This document shows, in pieces, positions 61,474 to 64,000 of a stretch of 64,000 nucleotides of DNA. The position numbers and the translations under genes are program-made. Below the pieces are notes generated by a model. That model was not told the origin of the DNA. It saw only the letters and a list, made by a program, of their open reading frames with translations, and ran no database searches. The stretch comes from an uncultured candidate division Zixibacteria bacterium (lineage in GTDB: Bacteria; Zixibacteria; MSB-5A5; GN15; FEB-12). Numbering within the stretch: position 1 is the first letter of the stretch; each line of letters begins with the position of its first letter. Where the stretch lies: the NCBI GenBank assembly GCA_963664195.1, contig OY760907.1, positions 3,488,001-3,552,000 of the forward strand. Reading direction: 5' to 3'.

Positions 61474-61660
61474 CCAGCCCATTTCGGCTGATGTCGCTCT
61501 TCTGCGATTCCAATGCGCTGCCTTGTATACGACTGTCTCCCAACATATTACACGAATACAGCCGAACGCGCCCCGCATTGGCACAGATATTGCCATATAC
61601 GGATGTGCGAGGGTGGCATTTCTTTCTTTAGAGCACACGGTTAGCGAGAGCCAACCCCTT

Positions 61661-61711
61661 CCGGGTTCGGCACAACGGAGACCCGGCGGAGACCGTTGTT
61701 GCCGAACCCGG
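61661..61711. repeat. Long inverted repeat (~18-bp stem, one bulge)
   Basis: ccgggttcggcacaacgg / ccgttgttgccgaacccgg. Confidence 0.75.
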
Positions 61712-61917
61712 TTGTGGGATTTCGCTAAAAAAGACAAAAAACTATATTGACACCGACGCTACCTGTCAGGCAGCTTGCTTATGCTATCCCACAGATTGGC
61801 ATCTCGCTGTCATCGGGTATTTCGTTCTCCGCCACACTATCGTCCTGAGTGAACGACTCGCACTCGTATGGGCTGTCGCCTGCGTGTCGTCGTAACATAT
61901 GGGGAGTCTGGGAAGAC

Positions 61918-62589
61918 ATGTTAGTTTCGGACGGATTGAGCATAGCAGGGGCTGTCTATCGAACGGCGATGGAGGTATTCTCCTTTCCAAAGCCGTTTTC
62001 CGGATGTCGGGCCACCCGCGATTGCATCGCGGCACCCTACATTTTGCTTGTCCTTCTGCACCTGACTGCCGCCGCCCTGACCATCTCTCTTGAACTGTCG
62101 GTCGAGACGGATGCGATTCACGCAGAGTTTGGAGGATTCGCTCCTTCCAGATTGTTCGTTGGCACGGTGATTCTTGTCGCCAAGTCGATGCTGATGATAA
62201 ACCCACTGGTTGTGTCGTTCATTGCGCTGCTACTCCTGAGATTGAATATCAGCACCAAACCCCATTATCGTGACATACTGTCGGTCGTGCTAAAAGGCGA
62301 AGTATTATTCGCCGTGGGCGTGTTGTTGACGGCTCCCCTGATCCTGATTACTCAGGACGTCCACTCGTCACTGTCGCTGGGACCGGTGGTCCGTCAACTC
62401 GGATACCCAACATCAGGTGCCTTGTACTTTCTTGCGACGACGCTGAGCGTGTTTTTTGTTCTGGAAATCGTTGTAGTGGCCAGAGGGCTTCGCTCAATCT
62501 TGTCGATTGGAGCAAAAGACGCCCTGGCTGTTTCGATTCTCTCAGTCGGCGGTGTCTCCATAATCATCTTGGGAATAAAGGTTCTCTAG
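61918..62589 (+). CDS. YIP1-like multi-pass membrane protein (start uncertain)
   Basis: About five hydrophobic helices, SLSLG and FFVLEIVVVARGL pattern. Confidence 0.55.
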   Translation: MLVSDGLSIAGAVYRTAMEVFSFPKPFSGCRATRDCIAAPYILLVLLHLTAAALTISLELSVETDAIHAEFGGFAPSRLFVGTVILVAKSMLMINPLVVSFIALLLLRLNISTKPHYRDILSVVLKGEVLFAVGVLLTAPLILITQDVHSSLSLGPVVRQLGYPTSGALYFLATTLSVFFVLEIVVVARGLRSILSIGAKDALAVSILSVGGVSIIILGIKVL

Positions 62590-62597
62590 GGGGCTGT

Positions 62598-63206
62598 ATG
62601 ACTGATTCATCGTTCTGGATAGTCACTCGCCGCATTTTCGAGATCGCCGGCATGGTGTTTATAGGCTTGGTATTACCGGCCGTAGTACTCTTTTACGGCT
62701 TTGTCCTGAAGCCGGCCTTTGCCTCGCTGGAAAAACCGAAGACCGAGCTAGAACAGAGTCAGGAACTGACACTGAGTTACACCAGCCTGGATCTCTCACA
62801 CAAATCTATAGTCAGCGTATCACGTTTATATGAGATAATCAGGGACTCTATCGGCGAGCACGACGACTTTGCTGAAGGTCTTCCCGAAGGCTCCGTAAGG
62901 TTTTATCGCCGCGGCGACAGCCTGGCAGCGATACTGCGGTACAATCTTGACTGCGGCTGCCCGGCCGAGAGCGAGAAGTACGATGTCGTGAGCTATTCGG
63001 TTCGCTTTGCCGATAGTATACCTATGGTGCACAGCAGCGTGTACGTAAGGGGATTGAATCATAGCGAATACAACCAGCTTGCAGTTGTTGGAGTGTCTAT
63101 CGAGAAGGACGCTCCAAGCAATGAGGTACCAGATGACAATCTGAGAGCACACGCCGAGGAATCCGCCGGGGTAGAGAACAACAGAAACCGTCGCGAAAGG
63201 AGGTGA
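62598..63206 (+). CDS. Hypothetical membrane-anchored protein
   Basis: GGGGG RBS, N-terminal TM, operon spacing. Confidence 0.6.
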   Translation: MTDSSFWIVTRRIFEIAGMVFIGLVLPAVVLFYGFVLKPAFASLEKPKTELEQSQELTLSYTSLDLSHKSIVSVSRLYEIIRDSIGEHDDFAEGLPEGSVRFYRRGDSLAAILRYNLDCGCPAESEKYDVVSYSVRFADSIPMVHSSVYVRGLNHSEYNQLAVVGVSIEKDAPSNEVPDDNLRAHAEESAGVENNRNRRERR

Positions 63207-63210
63207 AGAA

Positions 63211-63462
63211 TTGACAAATCTCAGAAAGGGATTCGCGGTGTTATGTACGATGATGCTGATTTTCAGCATCACCAGTATCGTCTTCGTGGGCGACAGTTAT
63301 GCCGGCGACCCGGTCGGCGCACCGGGATTACTGGAATACCGGAGCCGATGCGACATCAGCAATTGTGGCACCCAGAACTGCATCATACGAACAATAGCAA
63401 ACTGCATTGGCGGCTACGTAGACCTCTCTTGTAGCAGTCTGGTGTGGGACGTCGGAAGCTGA
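63211..63462 (+). CDS. Small secreted Cys-rich protein
   Basis: AAAGGAGGTG RBS + TTG; signal peptide ending SYA; five Cys in mature part. Confidence 0.7.
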   Translation: MTNLRKGFAVLCTMMLIFSITSIVFVGDSYAGDPVGAPGLLEYRSRCDISNCGTQNCIIRTIANCIGGYVDLSCSSLVWDVGS

Positions 63463-63541
63463 CAATAAGAGGCATGTGCCGCCTGGTGAGGAGGGGCTGC
63501 ATGCCTCTCCTCCGGGGGCTCAGTGTGAGGGGACAAGATCA

Positions 63542-64000
63542 ATGCGATACCTGAAGTATAATCCTTGCGCGAGTATCAGTGCGTTGCACGAGCACAAGCG
63601 GGCCTATCAGCCGAATCTACTGAGAGCGATCCTGCTGGTCTCGATCGCGTCAGCTATTGCCGCACTCGGCATCCGATTGCGGGCGCACGAGCCGGAGATC
63701 AGCGAATATGCGGACGCTGAGCAGCAGGCCGACAGGTTTGAGTTCGGTGCTGCGGATCAACCCGGAGTCGATTCTAAATCGACAGGCGGTAACGCAGATT
63801 TCCGTCCGCCAACGTACCGTAATCATGAGGGGTTCGCCGGGTTTACCGGCTATCGCGTTCTGTCACAGGCCACTCTGCCTTTGGTCGAGACGTCGATCAG
63901 CGCCCCCGAGTATTTTGACCTGATCCCGGCCATTGACTTCGCATCGACGCGGATCGGTTCTGTAGACGCCGCACTCCCGATGTACGGCGCCGGTGACGAT
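63542..64000 (+). CDS. 3'-truncated hypothetical protein
   Basis: GAGGGG RBS, ATG 63542, frame open to window end, hydrophobic stretch near N-terminus. Confidence 0.55.
   Translation, partial: MRYLKYNPCASISALHEHKRAYQPNLLRAILLVSIASAIAALGIRLRAHEPEISEYADAEQQADRFEFGAADQPGVDSKSTGGNADFRPPTYRNHEGFAGFTGYRVLSQATLPLVETSISAPEYFDLIPAIDFASTRIGSVDAALPMYGAGDD

Noticed and set aside
61244..61750. 168-aa ORF with FVTxxxx heptads
   Set aside because: TTG start, weak RBS, no recognisable domain, runs through a hairpin; not called as a CDS, though not fully excluded

Overview
Chromosomal window from a moderately GC-rich diderm bacterium. The many secreted proteins ending in a Cys-stapled dockerin-like tail suggest candidate phylum Zixibacteria/FCB group (inference only). 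(1) 1-11.4 kb: five secreted proteins (BNR/TSP3 protein, three tandem M43 metalloproteases with PKD and cohesin-like domains, an LVIVD propeller), all ending in the same 76-aa tail. (2) 11.5-19.2 kb: housekeeping genes HIT, rpsU, YqeY, cvpA, mutS2, dnaG, recN. (3) 19.3-31.8 kb: TonB-dependent receptor, two damaged genes, two ECF sigma/anti-sigma pairs, two YbjQ genes, a stand-alone OLD-type ATPase-TOPRIM nuclease, a HAL-family lyase with Ala-Cys-Gly at the MIO site, and a DEDDh-WYL fusion. (4) 32-56.9 kb, the best candidate for an undescribed system: a ~21-kb minus-strand poly-gamma-glutamate (PGA) locus. It contains pgsB-pgsC-pgsW, a CapD-like GGT, an AlgE-like outer-membrane barrel, a propeller lipoprotein, an orphan TRAP permease module, an exported Glu/Asp racemase and two giant dockerin-tailed proteins with a Zn-hydrolase-like head. 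It has two sigma54-type promoter motifs and a divergent sensor kinase/NtrC-family pair. (5) 57-64 kb: a cohesin-dockerin-CTD protein, a four-repeat secreted protein, a 21-bp-phased TTCGTAA array, and a YIP1-like gene plus a small Cys-rich peptide. No rRNA, tRNA, CRISPR array or transposase was recognised. All family assignments come from motif recognition by eye, not database searches.
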